Below, piece by piece: positions 52,274 through 62,674 of a stretch of DNA of 64,000 nucleotides. The notes beneath the pieces were generated by a model, which searched no databases, was not told the origin of the DNA, and saw only the letters and a program-made list of their open reading frames with translations. The DNA comes from an uncultured Planctomycetia bacterium (GTDB lineage: Bacteria > Omnitrophota > Gorgyraeia > B26-G9): assembly GCA_964437495.1 (NCBI GenBank), contig CAYTGV010000004.1:40413-104412 (forward strand). The letters run 5' to 3'. The position numbers and the translations under genes were made by a program. Position 1 is the first letter of the stretch. Each line of letters opens with the position of its first letter.

Positions 52274-54433
52274 ATGGGAGGCAATCGGTTGGATAAGACA
52301 TCCATTATCAGGCATATTACTAAAGAATTAAATCAGAAGATTCTCTCTGTTCATAACACGATCGAATTATTAGAAGAAGGTTCGACAATCCCGTTTATCG
52401 CTCGCTATCGTAAAGAGAAGACCGGGGGGATCAATGAGATCGTGATCCGCTCTGTTGCGGAAAGATGGGATTATTATCGGGAACTGGAAAAAAGGAAAGA
52501 AACAATTTTAAAGACAATTACCCAGCAGGATAAATTAACACCACAATTGCAAAAGCAGATACTGGAATGTCTTGATAAGAATAAGCTGGAAGATATTTAT
52601 CTTCCCTTTAAGCCTAAAAAAAGAACCCGGGCTTTGATCGCAAAAGAAAAAGGATTGGCCCCTTTAGCCCAGATCATGCTCAAGCAGCTTGTACATACTC
52701 AGATCAAGGAGCAGATAGTTGCCCCTTATATAAATCCCGACAAACAAGTTCTCTCTTACGAAGATGCGGTAAAAGGCGCACAAGACATTATTGCTGAAAC
52801 AATAGCGGATGATGTGTTTATCCGCGGATGGGTAAGAGATCGGGTCTGGGAAAAAGGTTTTCTGCAAAGTAATGCAAAAAAACAATGGGTGGAAAAGGAA
52901 ACAAAATTTAAAAATTATTATGAGTTTTCTGAAGCCTTAAAAAAGGCTCCATCGCATCGGGTTTTGGCCATTCGACGTGGCGCACAAGAAGGTGTATTGA
53001 ATTGGAAGATTGTCATAGAAGAGGAAATATTTATTGATTTCATCAAAGGGCATGTGATTAAAAATCCAAAATGCCTGTTTGCGGATGAATTAGCCGGGGC
53101 GGCGGTCGATAGTTTTCAGCGGCTTATTTTTGCTCAAGTGGAAAGAGAAGTGATTGTTTTGAAACTTGAAGAATCAGAAAAAGAGGCGATAAAGGTATTT
53201 TCCGATAATCTTCATAAGCTTCTTTTATCAGCTCCGGCAGGCAGTAAAGTGATCATGGGTGTTGATCCTGGATTTAGAACCGGGTGTAAAGTAGTTGTGA
53301 TTGACGCAAAAGGAGATTTTAAAGAGTTTAAGGTTATCTATCCGCATGAAAAAAACAGAAAAGCCCAGGCAAAAGAAATAGTAAGCGGCTTTATAAAAAA
53401 ATATAATGTGGAGCTTATTGCTATCGGTAATGGCACGGCTTCAAAAGAAAGCGATATTTTTATCAGGCGATTGATAAAAGAGAATAATTTAAAATTAAAT
53501 TCCGTTGTAGTCAGCGAGGTCGGGGCATCAGTATATTCAGCATCAGAGGTGGCGGCCAAGGAATTTCCGGATGAGGATGTTACAGTGCGTGGGGCAATAA
53601 GTATTGCCCGCAGGCTACAGGACCCTTTGGCTGAATTAGTGAAGATAGATCCTAAAGCAATCGGAGTGGGGCAGTATCAGCACGATGTGAATCAGGTTGC
53701 CTTAAAAAAAGCATTAGACCAGATCGTAGAATCATGCGTTAATTATGTTGGAGTTGAATTGAACAGGGCTTCATGTGAACTGCTTGCTTTTGTATCCGGG
53801 ATCGGGCCGACAGTAGCAAATAATATTGTTAAATTCCGTCGTGAAAAAGGGCCGTTTCAAAGCCGCAGAGAATTATTAAAAGTAGCTAAGCTGGGACCCA
53901 AGGTCTTTGAGCAAAGTGCGGGGTTTTTAAGAATAGGGAGCAGTGTGCATCCATTAGATAATTCGGCAATTCATCCAGAGGCTTATTTGGTTGTAGAGAA
54001 TATGGCCCAGGATTATGGTATGAAACTAGAAAAAATTATTGGTAATGAAAACCTGATCGACAGCATAGAAATTGAGAAATATATCAGTGATGATTTTGGC
54101 ATGCCAACACTTAAGGATATTCTCGCGGAATTAAAAAAACCGGGAAGAGATCCAAGAAAGGAATTTAAAAGTATTATATTCTCGGATTCTGTAAATACTA
54201 TGGATGATCTATTTGTTGGTATGACATTAGAGGGGATAGTGACCAATGTGACTAATTTCGGGGCCTTTGTTGATATTGGAGTGCATCAGGATGGGTTGAT
54301 ACATATTTCCCAATTAAGTGATAGCTTTGTTCGCAATCCCCAGGAAATAGTGTCGGTTGGTGATGAGGTTAAAGTGGAAGTGTTAAAAATAGAAATTTCG
54401 CTAAAAAGAATAGCATTAAAGAGAATTAAGTAA
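52274..54433 (+). CDS. tex: Tex-family RNA-binding transcription accessory protein
   Basis: TIPFIARYRKEKTG, GVDPGFRTGCK, ARRLQDPLAELVKIDPK, C-terminal S1. Confidence 0.95.
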   Translation: MGGNRLDKTSIIRHITKELNQKILSVHNTIELLEEGSTIPFIARYRKEKTGGINEIVIRSVAERWDYYRELEKRKETILKTITQQDKLTPQLQKQILECLDKNKLEDIYLPFKPKKRTRALIAKEKGLAPLAQIMLKQLVHTQIKEQIVAPYINPDKQVLSYEDAVKGAQDIIAETIADDVFIRGWVRDRVWEKGFLQSNAKKQWVEKETKFKNYYEFSEALKKAPSHRVLAIRRGAQEGVLNWKIVIEEEIFIDFIKGHVIKNPKCLFADELAGAAVDSFQRLIFAQVEREVIVLKLEESEKEAIKVFSDNLHKLLLSAPAGSKVIMGVDPGFRTGCKVVVIDAKGDFKEFKVIYPHEKNRKAQAKEIVSGFIKKYNVELIAIGNGTASKESDIFIRRLIKENNLKLNSVVVSEVGASVYSASEVAAKEFPDEDVTVRGAISIARRLQDPLAELVKIDPKAIGVGQYQHDVNQVALKKALDQIVESCVNYVGVELNRASCELLAFVSGIGPTVANNIVKFRREKGPFQSRRELLKVAKLGPKVFEQSAGFLRIGSSVHPLDNSAIHPEAYLVVENMAQDYGMKLEKIIGNENLIDSIEIEKYISDDFGMPTLKDILAELKKPGRDPRKEFKSIIFSDSVNTMDDLFVGMTLEGIVTNVTNFGAFVDIGVHQDGLIHISQLSDSFVRNPQEIVSVGDEVKVEVLKIEISLKRIALKRIK

Positions 54434-54483
54434 TATGATACTTATCATAAGGATATAATTGTTAAAAACAAAGGAGGAGAGAG

Positions 54484-54579
54484 ATGGGTAAAAGTCATGA
54501 TGCTAAAAAACAAGTAAAAAAGCCGGCGGCAAAAACACTGAAAGAGAAAAGGCTTGAGAAAAAAACAAAAAAGAAATAA
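54484..54579 (+). CDS. 31-aa Lys-rich peptide
   Basis: AAGGAGGAG RBS; MGKSHDAKKQVKKPAAKTLKEKRLEKKTKKK. Confidence 0.6.
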   Translation: MGKSHDAKKQVKKPAAKTLKEKRLEKKTKKK

Positions 54580-54602
54580 AGAAAAGCAAGAAGGTGTTTG
54601 TA

Positions 54603-54800
54603 ATGGAAGAGCGAATAATTGAGCTAGAAAAAAGAGTGGCGTTTCAGGATGCGGAAATTAAGGACTTGAGCAGTGCTCTTTTGAGTCAACATAAAGAGAT
54701 AGAGGCTTTGACCAAAAGCATAGCCTTGCTTAAGGATAAGGTAGGAAGCGGATCTTTGGTCAAAGATGCCCAGGATGAAGAATCGCCGCCGCATTACTAA
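54603..54800 (+). CDS. slyX: SlyX family protein
   Basis: EERIIELEKRVAFQD ... PPHY. Confidence 0.9.
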   Translation: MEERIIELEKRVAFQDAEIKDLSSALLSQHKEIEALTKSIALLKDKVGSGSLVKDAQDEESPPHY

Positions 54801-54871
54801 TCGTCATTCTTAAGCTTGTTGCCTTGTGAATTGTTAGGCTGAGTATAGGAATAACCATTGATCAGGTTCTT

Positions 54872-55132
54872 GTGTTTTTAAATAAAGGAATAAAGAATCT
54901 TATTAATATGATGACCCCGGATAAAGAGTATTTTATCAAGCTTTTGCGTACACGTATGCCTTTCGGCAAATACAAGGGCAGGCTCCTAGTCGACCTGCCT
55001 GAGCCGTATGTTGTCTGGATGGCAGGCAAGGGATTTAAGAACGATTCTCTAGGGAAAATGCTTCAGACTGTCTACGAGATAAAGTTAAACGGGTTGGAGT
55101 ATTTGCTTGAACCGATCCGAAAAGCCCTCTAG
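54872..55132 (+). CDS. DUF3820 family protein
   Basis: MPFGKYKGRLLVDLPEPYVVW, YEIKLNGLE.LL; true start probably near 54908. Confidence 0.88.
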   Translation: MFLNKGIKNLINMMTPDKEYFIKLLRTRMPFGKYKGRLLVDLPEPYVVWMAGKGFKNDSLGKMLQTVYEIKLNGLEYLLEPIRKAL

Positions 55133-55139
55133 TACTTAG

Positions 55140-55172
55140 ACCCTCATTCCACCTACGCGGTGGAATGAGGGT
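55140..55172. repeat. REP-like palindrome (left)
   Basis: ACCCTCATTCCACC-TACGC-GGTGGAATGAGGGT. Confidence 0.9.
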
Positions 55173-55202
55173 CTGTAGCGATATAGAGTAGGGGAAGATA
55201 GA

Positions 55203-55892
55203 ATGAATACAACTGATAAACATAATCCAGTAACTGGTGAGATTTATCATGTGTTTACAAAAAGCATTGCCGGATTTAGGATATTTGATGATGATGATGA
55301 GTTTTTTAGAATAAAAGAAATCAGCCGTTATTATCAGCAAAAAGATCTCGCCCTAAAATTTTCTCGCTTCAAAGAGCTTCAAGAAAGATTAGAAATTAAA
55401 CCTAAACCCATAACTCTCGATGAACGCATTGTCGATATTATTGTGTATTGTTTTATGCCTACTCACATTCATTTAATTTTAAAGCAATTGGAGGATCGTG
55501 CGATATCTGTATATATGAATAATATTTTAAACAGCTATACCAGATATTTCAATATTAGACATAAGCGCAAGGGGCCATTGTGGGAAGGGCGGTTCAAGAA
55601 AGTATTAATGGTAACTGATGAACAATTATTACATTTAACCCGTTACATTCACTTGAATCCAGTTACTGCACATATAATAGAAAAACCAGAACAATGGGGC
55701 GCCTCATCTTATAATGAATATCTTAATAAGGGCCATTTTGAATATAGGATTACATTTTTTGAAAATGTGCTGGATATTATTACCTCAGATTATAAGGAAT
55801 TTGTTGAAGATAGGAAAGATTACCAAAGAGAGTTAAAAGAAATCGAATATATGCTTCTTGAAAACCCTCATTCCACCTACGCGGTGGAATGA
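55203..55892 (+). mobile_element. REP-associated tyrosine (Y1/HUH) transposase
   Basis: GEIYHVF, YCFMPTHIHLI (HUH), YTRYFN.RH.RKGPLWEGRF, RYIHLNPV, W..SSY. Confidence 0.9.
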
Positions 55893-55896
55893 GGGT
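55864..55896. repeat. REP-like palindrome (right)
   Basis: Identical 33-bp copy of 55140-55172; supplies the transposase stop codon. Confidence 0.9.
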
Positions 55897-55906
55897 GAAA
55901 GGATAG

Positions 55907-56245
55907 ATGATGGAACAAAAGGTTGGGAATTTATTTGAGGGGGTTGCTGGTCAACGGACAGAAGAAATTTTTGATACATTGCTGGAAACAGAAAATTTTC
56001 GAATTGAGCGCATCGTTTCTCAAGGTCAAAACACACCCAAGGGTGAATGGCTTGAGCAAAAACAGGCAGAGTGGGTTGTTTTGCTCAAGGGTGCGACAAG
56101 GCTGTCCTGGGCTCAAAAGCCAGAGATAATGGAGCTGAAGCCAGGAGATTATGTGCATATCCCGGCAAATTGCAAGCATCGTGTAGAATGGACAGACCCT
56201 AAAATAAAAACTGTCTGGCTTGCTCTACATTATAACAATAAGTAA
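55907..56245 (+). CDS. Cupin domain protein
   Basis: RIERIVSQGQ.TP, EWVVLLKG, IPANCKHRVEWT, TVWLALHY. Confidence 0.88.
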   Translation: MMEQKVGNLFEGVAGQRTEEIFDTLLETENFRIERIVSQGQNTPKGEWLEQKQAEWVVLLKGATRLSWAQKPEIMELKPGDYVHIPANCKHRVEWTDPKIKTVWLALHYNNK

Positions 56246-56316
56246 AAATAAGCACTCTTTTAGACGTCCTAATGGTATAATAAGCCTAGAAGGTAAAATG
56301 AAAAAAGGAGGCGGTT

Positions 56317-56889
56317 ATGAAGTATTTGATTGTTTATGCTCATCCCAATCCGAAGAGTTTTAATAATGCGATAAGAGGGCATGTTGAGGCGGCATTAAAA
56401 AAGCAGGGCAAGCAGTATAGCGTGCGCGATTTATACCTATTAAAATGGAATCCAGTATTAGGCGGAGAGGATTTAAATTTTTCTAAAAAAGGAAAAACTC
56501 CCGCAGATATTAAAACAGAACAGCAATATATAAAAGAAGCGGATGTGATCATTGTTATTCATCCGATTTGGTGGTTCGGCATGCCGGCTGTTCTCAAGGG
56601 CTATATTGACCGGGTTTTTTCTGCTGGGTTTGCCTATGAATATGCGGCTGATGGCATTAAGGGGCTTTTAGCAGACAAGAAAGTGATGATTATTAATACT
56701 ACCGGCGGCCCTCAGGAGAGTTATTCCAAGGGCGGATTTAAAGACGCGTTGGGTAAGATATTTAAAGACGGCACCTATGGATTTTGCGCAATGGAAGTTA
56801 TAAAGCATTTATTTTTCTTTGCTGTTTCTACTGTTACAAAAGAAGCCAGAGAAGAGATGCTTGTTGAAATAGATAATTTGGAATTTTAA
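56317..56889 (+). CDS. NAD(P)H dehydrogenase (quinone), flavodoxin-2 family
   Basis: YAHPNPKSFN, RDLY, PIWWFGMPAVLKGYIDRVF. Confidence 0.92.
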   Translation: MKYLIVYAHPNPKSFNNAIRGHVEAALKKQGKQYSVRDLYLLKWNPVLGGEDLNFSKKGKTPADIKTEQQYIKEADVIIVIHPIWWFGMPAVLKGYIDRVFSAGFAYEYAADGIKGLLADKKVMIINTTGGPQESYSKGGFKDALGKIFKDGTYGFCAMEVIKHLFFFAVSTVTKEAREEMLVEIDNLEF

Positions 56890-57011
56890 GTGAGCTTTAG
56901 GAAAGAATATTTTCTGTTTCCCAAAAAAAGCGATCAAGTAGAAAGGAAAGGATGCTAGGGCGGGCATTCTTTATCTAGGGGGTATGCGGGAGCAGGGATT
57001 GTGTTTTATTG

Positions 57012-57049
57012 AAAAGCGGGCAATGATAGATGTCATGCCCGCTTTTTTT
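57012..57049. terminator. Bidirectional terminator
   Basis: AAAAGCGGGCA..TGCCCGCTTTTT between convergent genes. Confidence 0.8.
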
Positions 57050-57076
57050 ATCTATAATTTTTCTGTTAAAACACAG

Positions 57077-58456
57077 CTACTTATTATCAGATACCTTTAA
57101 TTTGTTCAAGATCTCTTCTGCTGCTTTAACCATAGGGTTGTGCGCAGGATAGAAGGATTGATACGGCTGCGAGGCATAGGAAAAGCTTGTTAACTGTTCA
57201 AGGGTTATGCCGTATTGAATGGCCATTGTAATCTTATCTATCTTGTCTGCTACCGGCCTGCCGCTTACGACCTGGCCTCCGATTATTTTGTGTGTTTGCT
57301 TGTCAGCGATCAGCTTTAACCTTATCTTTTTAGCGCTGGGCATTACCGGAAAGGCTGTGGTAAATTCAGCGTATCCGATTTCGATATCAAAAAGGTCTTG
57401 GGCTGCCTTTTCAGAAAAACCAGTGCCTCCGATATAATATTCATTGATTTTAGTTGCCGCTCCGTTATAAAATCCCGGATAAGTGCGGTTTTCGCCAAGC
57501 AGATTGTTTGCTAAAAGCCGTGCCATAGGCACAGCGTTTGTTGCTAGTTTGCCGGAAAGAACCTGGCCTGTTAGCGCGCTTGTAAATTGGCAGCAGTCTC
57601 CGACGGCGTAAACATCTTTTATATTGGTTTGCATTTTATTGTTGATTATTATACCGTCTCTTTCGATTTTAAGTTCTGTATCTTTGAATAATTCTATGCT
57701 TGGGCGCATGCCTACGGCGAAAACAACCAGGCCGGGAATCGTGTCCTTGTCAGCCTCAGAGCAGTTGTCTAGGTGATTGAAATGAATTATCTGCATGTTT
57801 CCAAGTATTACCTCTTTGACATGGCCGTTACCTCTTAATTCGGTTACTTTGCTTTTCAGGTGCAGGTTTATGCCGGATTTTATCAGTGATTCCTGCGCTT
57901 CTTCAACCATTCCGTAATCAGCCATATTTGGCAGTATGTAATCAGCTATGTCTGCAAGATGGGTTTCTACTTTTCTTTCGTTTAATGCCTGCGCAAGTTC
58001 AACGCCGATAGCTCCTGCTCCGACAACTACTGCTTTTTTCAAGCCGTTATCAACCAGATTGATGATTTTTTTAAGGTCATCTTCTGTCTTAAAGGTTGTG
58101 ATTCCTTCTAGGTCATGGCCGGGGATAGGCGGGAAAACAGGAGAAGCTCCGGTCGCGATGATCAATTTCTCGTAGGCTATTACACCGTTTTTTTCGGTTT
58201 TAACGGTCTTGGCGCTGAAATCTACCTCTATAGCCTTATCGCGGATAAGCTCGGCTTGAGCGCCTGTAATAAGCGCGTCTTTTTTTAGCGTCTTTTCAAT
58301 AGGCAGCAGCTTTTCTATGGCATAGGGCATGGCGCAGTAGATCATTGAATGATCTTCCGGGCGGATAATGCCGACTTTTTTTCTGTCTTGAATGATTTTG
58401 GCAATTGTAATTGCCGCCGGGCCGCCGCCGATAACCAGAATATCAAATTTTTTCAT
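57077..58456 (-). CDS. FAD-dependent pyridine nucleotide-disulfide oxidoreductase (NADH oxidase/CoADR-like)
   Basis: VIGGGPAA, YCAMPY, IIATGA, VVGAGAIG.E, VYAVGD. Confidence 0.88.
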   Translation of the reverse strand: MKKFDILVIGGGPAAITIAKIIQDRKKVGIIRPEDHSMIYCAMPYAIEKLLPIEKTLKKDALITGAQAELIRDKAIEVDFSAKTVKTEKNGVIAYEKLIIATGASPVFPPIPGHDLEGITTFKTEDDLKKIINLVDNGLKKAVVVGAGAIGVELAQALNERKVETHLADIADYILPNMADYGMVEEAQESLIKSGINLHLKSKVTELRGNGHVKEVILGNMQIIHFNHLDNCSEADKDTIPGLVVFAVGMRPSIELFKDTELKIERDGIIINNKMQTNIKDVYAVGDCCQFTSALTGQVLSGKLATNAVPMARLLANNLLGENRTYPGFYNGAATKINEYYIGGTGFSEKAAQDLFDIEIGYAEFTTAFPVMPSAKKIRLKLIADKQTHKIIGGQVVSGRPVADKIDKITMAIQYGITLEQLTSFSYASQPYQSFYPAHNPMVKAAEEILNKLKVSDNK

Positions 58457-58760
58457 TTTTCTCCTTTTTCTTTTACGGTAATGGTTGAATGTTTTTGGGA
58501 TACAGCTTTATTTGCGCTTTTATAAACTGAATTAATCGTTTAAAGTGTTTTTATTCTTGTACCATAATTGGCAACAGTGTGTCAATAAAACAATTTGAAA
58601 ATCGGGGTCTTGTACGGGGAAATTCTCAGATACAGGTAATTTTTGTTTACCATATATTTAATAATATTTATTAATATATCCAGGTTCTTCAAACTTTTCT
58701 GAAAAAAGAGGATTATATTAATTATAGCTAAATCCCTTCCTTAATAATATAATAAACCCC

Positions 58761-59915
58761 ATGGATTTTAATAAACCAGATATAGTTTTAATTACCTGTG
58801 CCCGCGGTCTTGTGCCTTTTTTGATCAAGGAGGTAGAGGCACTTGGTTATGTGATTGAGTCAACTCATGATACCGGGCTTGAGATACGGGCATCTTTAAA
58901 TGATACTCAAAAGCTCAATCTTTATCTGCGCACAGCTTTTAATGTGCTTTATTTATTAAAGAAATTCACCTGTATCAGCCCTGATGAGCTTTATCAGGAA
59001 GTGAGTTCTATCGCATGGGAAGATATTATTGAGGCAAAAGAATATTTAAGTATAACGGCGGTTACTAGCTCAGAGCATATTAAAAATTCTATATTTGCTA
59101 GCCAAAAAACCAAAGACGCCATTGTCGATTGCATTACTAAAAAATACGGCAGCCGCCCTAATTCCGGAGCAGAGCGTGATAATGTGGTTTTAAATCTTTA
59201 TTGGAAAGACGATACCTGCTGGCTGTACTTAAATACATCAGGGAAAAAATTATCTGATCGAACATATAGAAAAATCCCTTTTAAGGCACCATTGCAGGAG
59301 ACCCTGGCCGCAGCGATAATTCAGGCCACGGGCTATGACGGTTCTATGCCTTTGGTAAATCCAATGTGCGGAAGCGGAACACTTGCTATAGAAGCCGCGC
59401 TTGTTGCCTTAAAAAGATATCCTGGACTTTTGAGAAATAATTTTGGGTTTATGCATATTAAAGGTTTTGACAAAGATATTTGGGCAAAGGTACGTAAGGC
59501 TGCGCATGCAGGCGTGCTGAAAAAAAATGCTGGGTGTATAATTGCTACTGATATTGACCCAAAGGCCATTGAGGCGGCGAAGAAAAATGCGCAGACAGCA
59601 GGCGTTGATTCGATTATAGAATTCAAGGTATGTGATTATAGTAAAACTGCAGTGCCGGCGGAACCGGGCATTATTGTGCTTAATCCGGAATACGGGTTTC
59701 GCATGGGGGATGAGAAAAAACTGGAGGCAACATATAAAGAGATCGGGGATTTTTTTAAACAAGCTTGCCCCGGATATAAAGGATATATATTTACCGGCAA
59801 TCTTGGCCTTGGAAAAAAAGTTGGCCTGCGCACCAGCCGCAAGCTGATATTCTATAATGCCCGTATTGAATGCCGCCTGCTTGAATATATAATGTATGTG
59901 GGAACGGGAAATTAG
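58761..59915 (+). CDS. THUMP-domain RNA methyltransferase (RlmL-like)
   Basis: LNTSG..L..R.Y, APLQETLAAA, NPMCGSGTLAIEAA, NPEYG. Confidence 0.88.
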   Translation: MDFNKPDIVLITCARGLVPFLIKEVEALGYVIESTHDTGLEIRASLNDTQKLNLYLRTAFNVLYLLKKFTCISPDELYQEVSSIAWEDIIEAKEYLSITAVTSSEHIKNSIFASQKTKDAIVDCITKKYGSRPNSGAERDNVVLNLYWKDDTCWLYLNTSGKKLSDRTYRKIPFKAPLQETLAAAIIQATGYDGSMPLVNPMCGSGTLAIEAALVALKRYPGLLRNNFGFMHIKGFDKDIWAKVRKAAHAGVLKKNAGCIIATDIDPKAIEAAKKNAQTAGVDSIIEFKVCDYSKTAVPAEPGIIVLNPEYGFRMGDEKKLEATYKEIGDFFKQACPGYKGYIFTGNLGLGKKVGLRTSRKLIFYNARIECRLLEYIMYVGTGN

Positions 59916-60416
59916 TTATAAGTGATGAGTTTTGAGTGAAATGTATTATGCTAACTTGGTATTGACAGAGTAAAATGTGGCTTTGTTCGGAAATGAAAAC
60001 TATTTTCATTCATTCTCGCTTTTCATCCTTGAAAAACTTCGAGGGAAACATTGGTTTTTAGCCATCCGTGTCAAAACCAATGTTTAAATCCTTAAAAACA
60101 GTTATTCATATCATCAAAGTGTGAATATTACTCGGCAATAGTACAAGTGAAAAAGAGTATCAGCTTTCTCCCAAACGCATGGCGGACAGGCATGGCTGAT
60201 AGCTATTGGTGTTGTTCCACCGCGTAGGTTAAAAGGATTGTTGCTCAAATCCATTAATTCAGGTATAATATATCAGGATAAGGGGCTCTTCTTAAATTCT
60301 TCTCAGGAGCAGGTTGACCAGCCAGGATGATTTTACTTCTTAAATATAAAAACTCACCCTTGTTATATTGATAACTTTTTCCGGTTTTATTAAGGAAAAT
60401 AAAAAAGAAAGAAAAA

Positions 60417-61643
60417 ATGACTAATTCAGTACAGAAAAATAATGAAAATATTCCCAATTTTTACGGCATGGGCATTGCTCCGAGTATTTTGGACATTCTC
60501 GTTAGACTTAAATTCACAATACCTACGCCAATTCAAGTCCAGACTATTCCCATGGCTATTGAGGGAAAGGATGTGGTGGGCATTGCTCAGACCGGAACAG
60601 GCAAGACGCTTTCGTTTGCTATCCCGATGATCCAGAGCCTGGCTGCAAAAAAGGGCACAGGCCTGGTGCTGGCTCCGACAAGAGAATTGGCTTTGCAAAT
60701 TGAAGAGGCGTTTAAGCCGATTTTAGCTGCCTTTAAACTAGAGGCTGTATGTCTTATAGGCGGCGCGCCTATGGAGCCGCAGTTAAAGGCGCTTAGGCGT
60801 AATCCCCGGATAATTATTGCAACACCAGGCAGACTGATTGATCATATGAGCAATTGGCATGTTCTGCCCCAGGAAGTTGAGATGCTTGTGCTTGATGAAG
60901 CAGACCGCATGCTGGATATGGGATTTTTGCCTCAGATAGAGATGATCTTAGGGCATCTGCCTAAAGAAAGACAGACTATGCTGTTTTCAGCAACTATGCC
61001 CAAAGAAATTGTGGGCATTGCGGCAAAGTATATGCAGCTGCCGGTTTCTGTTGAGATCGCGCCATCTGGGACAACAGCTGATAATGTTACACAGGAATTA
61101 TATATTGTTAAAAAAAGCGCTAAAACACAGCTCTTGCGTCAGGTGCTTAGCCAGTACCATGGCCCGGTGCTTTTATTTTCCCGCACAAAACATAATGCAA
61201 CACGCCTGGCAAGGGATATAAGAAAAATGGGGCACCGCGCCTCGGAGATACATTCTAACCGCACGCTTGATCAGCGCCGGGCGGCCTTGGAAGGATTTAA
61301 ATCCGGAAGATATAAAGTGCTGGTGGCTACTGATATTGCCTCTAGAGGCATTGATGTTACTGGTATTGAGCTGGTAATTAATTATGATATTCCTGATGAT
61401 GCCAGCAATTATGTGCACCGTATTGGCCGTACAGCCCGCGCTGGGCATAAAGGCCATGCCATATCTTTTGCCATGCCGGATCAAAAGCGCGATGTAGAAG
61501 ATATTGAAAAACTGATCAAGGCTACTTTGCCGGTTTCCAGGCATCCCAATGTCCAGGCAGAGGAATTTATGACAGAAACTCAGTTAAATAAGTTTAAAGT
61601 AAGAAAAAAGACAAAACGTCCTTTTCAGCCTCGCCGTAGATAA
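60417..61643 (+). CDS. DEAD-box RNA helicase (RhlE-like)
   Basis: AQTGTGKT, PTRELA, TPGRL, DEAD, SAT, HRIGRTAR. Confidence 0.95.
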   Translation: MTNSVQKNNENIPNFYGMGIAPSILDILVRLKFTIPTPIQVQTIPMAIEGKDVVGIAQTGTGKTLSFAIPMIQSLAAKKGTGLVLAPTRELALQIEEAFKPILAAFKLEAVCLIGGAPMEPQLKALRRNPRIIIATPGRLIDHMSNWHVLPQEVEMLVLDEADRMLDMGFLPQIEMILGHLPKERQTMLFSATMPKEIVGIAAKYMQLPVSVEIAPSGTTADNVTQELYIVKKSAKTQLLRQVLSQYHGPVLLFSRTKHNATRLARDIRKMGHRASEIHSNRTLDQRRAALEGFKSGRYKVLVATDIASRGIDVTGIELVINYDIPDDASNYVHRIGRTARAGHKGHAISFAMPDQKRDVEDIEKLIKATLPVSRHPNVQAEEFMTETQLNKFKVRKKTKRPFQPRRR

Positions 61644-61823
61644 TTCTAAGCAAAATACAGGTAAATATTGCTGTAATGTCCTGCTGTGGACAGAGTTGTT
61701 CGCATTGGTACATGTATGTCCGGTAGACTTTCAAAAAGCTTATGGTATGCTTTTTCATATTGTTCAAATTTGTTTTTTATTTTTACTTAGTGTATAATGA
61801 AAATTCAATAATGAAGGGTCTTA

Positions 61824-62261
61824 ATGGAGGAGTTAAATATGGAAAAATCTGTAATGTACACACCTAGATTGCCTGATGCAAAGGCTGCTTTTTCTCGCGG
61901 CATGAAAGTTGACATTGGAAATGTTACCCAGCTATTTATTTCAGGCACAGCAAGTGTTGATGAAAATGCTAAGACTGCACATATAGGAGATTTTGTTGAG
62001 CAGGTGCGCTGGACCTATGCGAATATCGAATCATTGCTGGAACAGGCAGGCTCAGCAGTAAGTGATATTGTTAAGTTTACAATCTATTTGAAAAATATGG
62101 AAGAGTATGAACGATTTGATGAATTACGTGTTGAGTTTTTTAATCGACATGGAATAACTAGAACACATTATCCTGCAAGTACTTGTGTGGAGGCCCGTTT
62201 GTGCCGTGATGACTTGCTGGTTGAAATCGATGCAATCGCGTTAATTCCTACTAAAAAATAA
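61824..62261 (+). CDS. RidA/YjgF family protein
   Basis: FSRG, LFISGTAS, PASTCVEARLCRDDLLVEIDAIA. Confidence 0.88.
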   Translation: MEELNMEKSVMYTPRLPDAKAAFSRGMKVDIGNVTQLFISGTASVDENAKTAHIGDFVEQVRWTYANIESLLEQAGSAVSDIVKFTIYLKNMEEYERFDELRVEFFNRHGITRTHYPASTCVEARLCRDDLLVEIDAIALIPTKK

Positions 62262-62674
62262 TACTATATGTTAATGAATCACGGTTTCAAATTAGTTTAA
62301 GTATACGAATTATTTTTTTTGAAGCTCATCACACATAAGTGGTTATTTACTGGATTGTTTTTCATAAGATAGTCTTTTCTTGACAAATTCTGCTTTTTTG
62401 TTAAAATAATTCAACCTTATAGAAAAAGCGCAAAACGATATATATAGAGAACACCGCAAAGGCGTAGGCAATTTAACGCCTTTTTTTATTTTAAGACGCT
62501 ATTGCAAAGCGCTCAACTGCGGCGTTATTCGCTCACTTATTTGTGCGGCGTACAGTAAGTACGTCTGTGCATTCATTCGCGAATGCCTTGGATTTGCACA
62601 TTTTCTTGAGAAAGTTTAGAAGACATGGTTTAAATAATAAAGAAGTTGTTTTATAAAAAGAAAGTTAGAATAAT

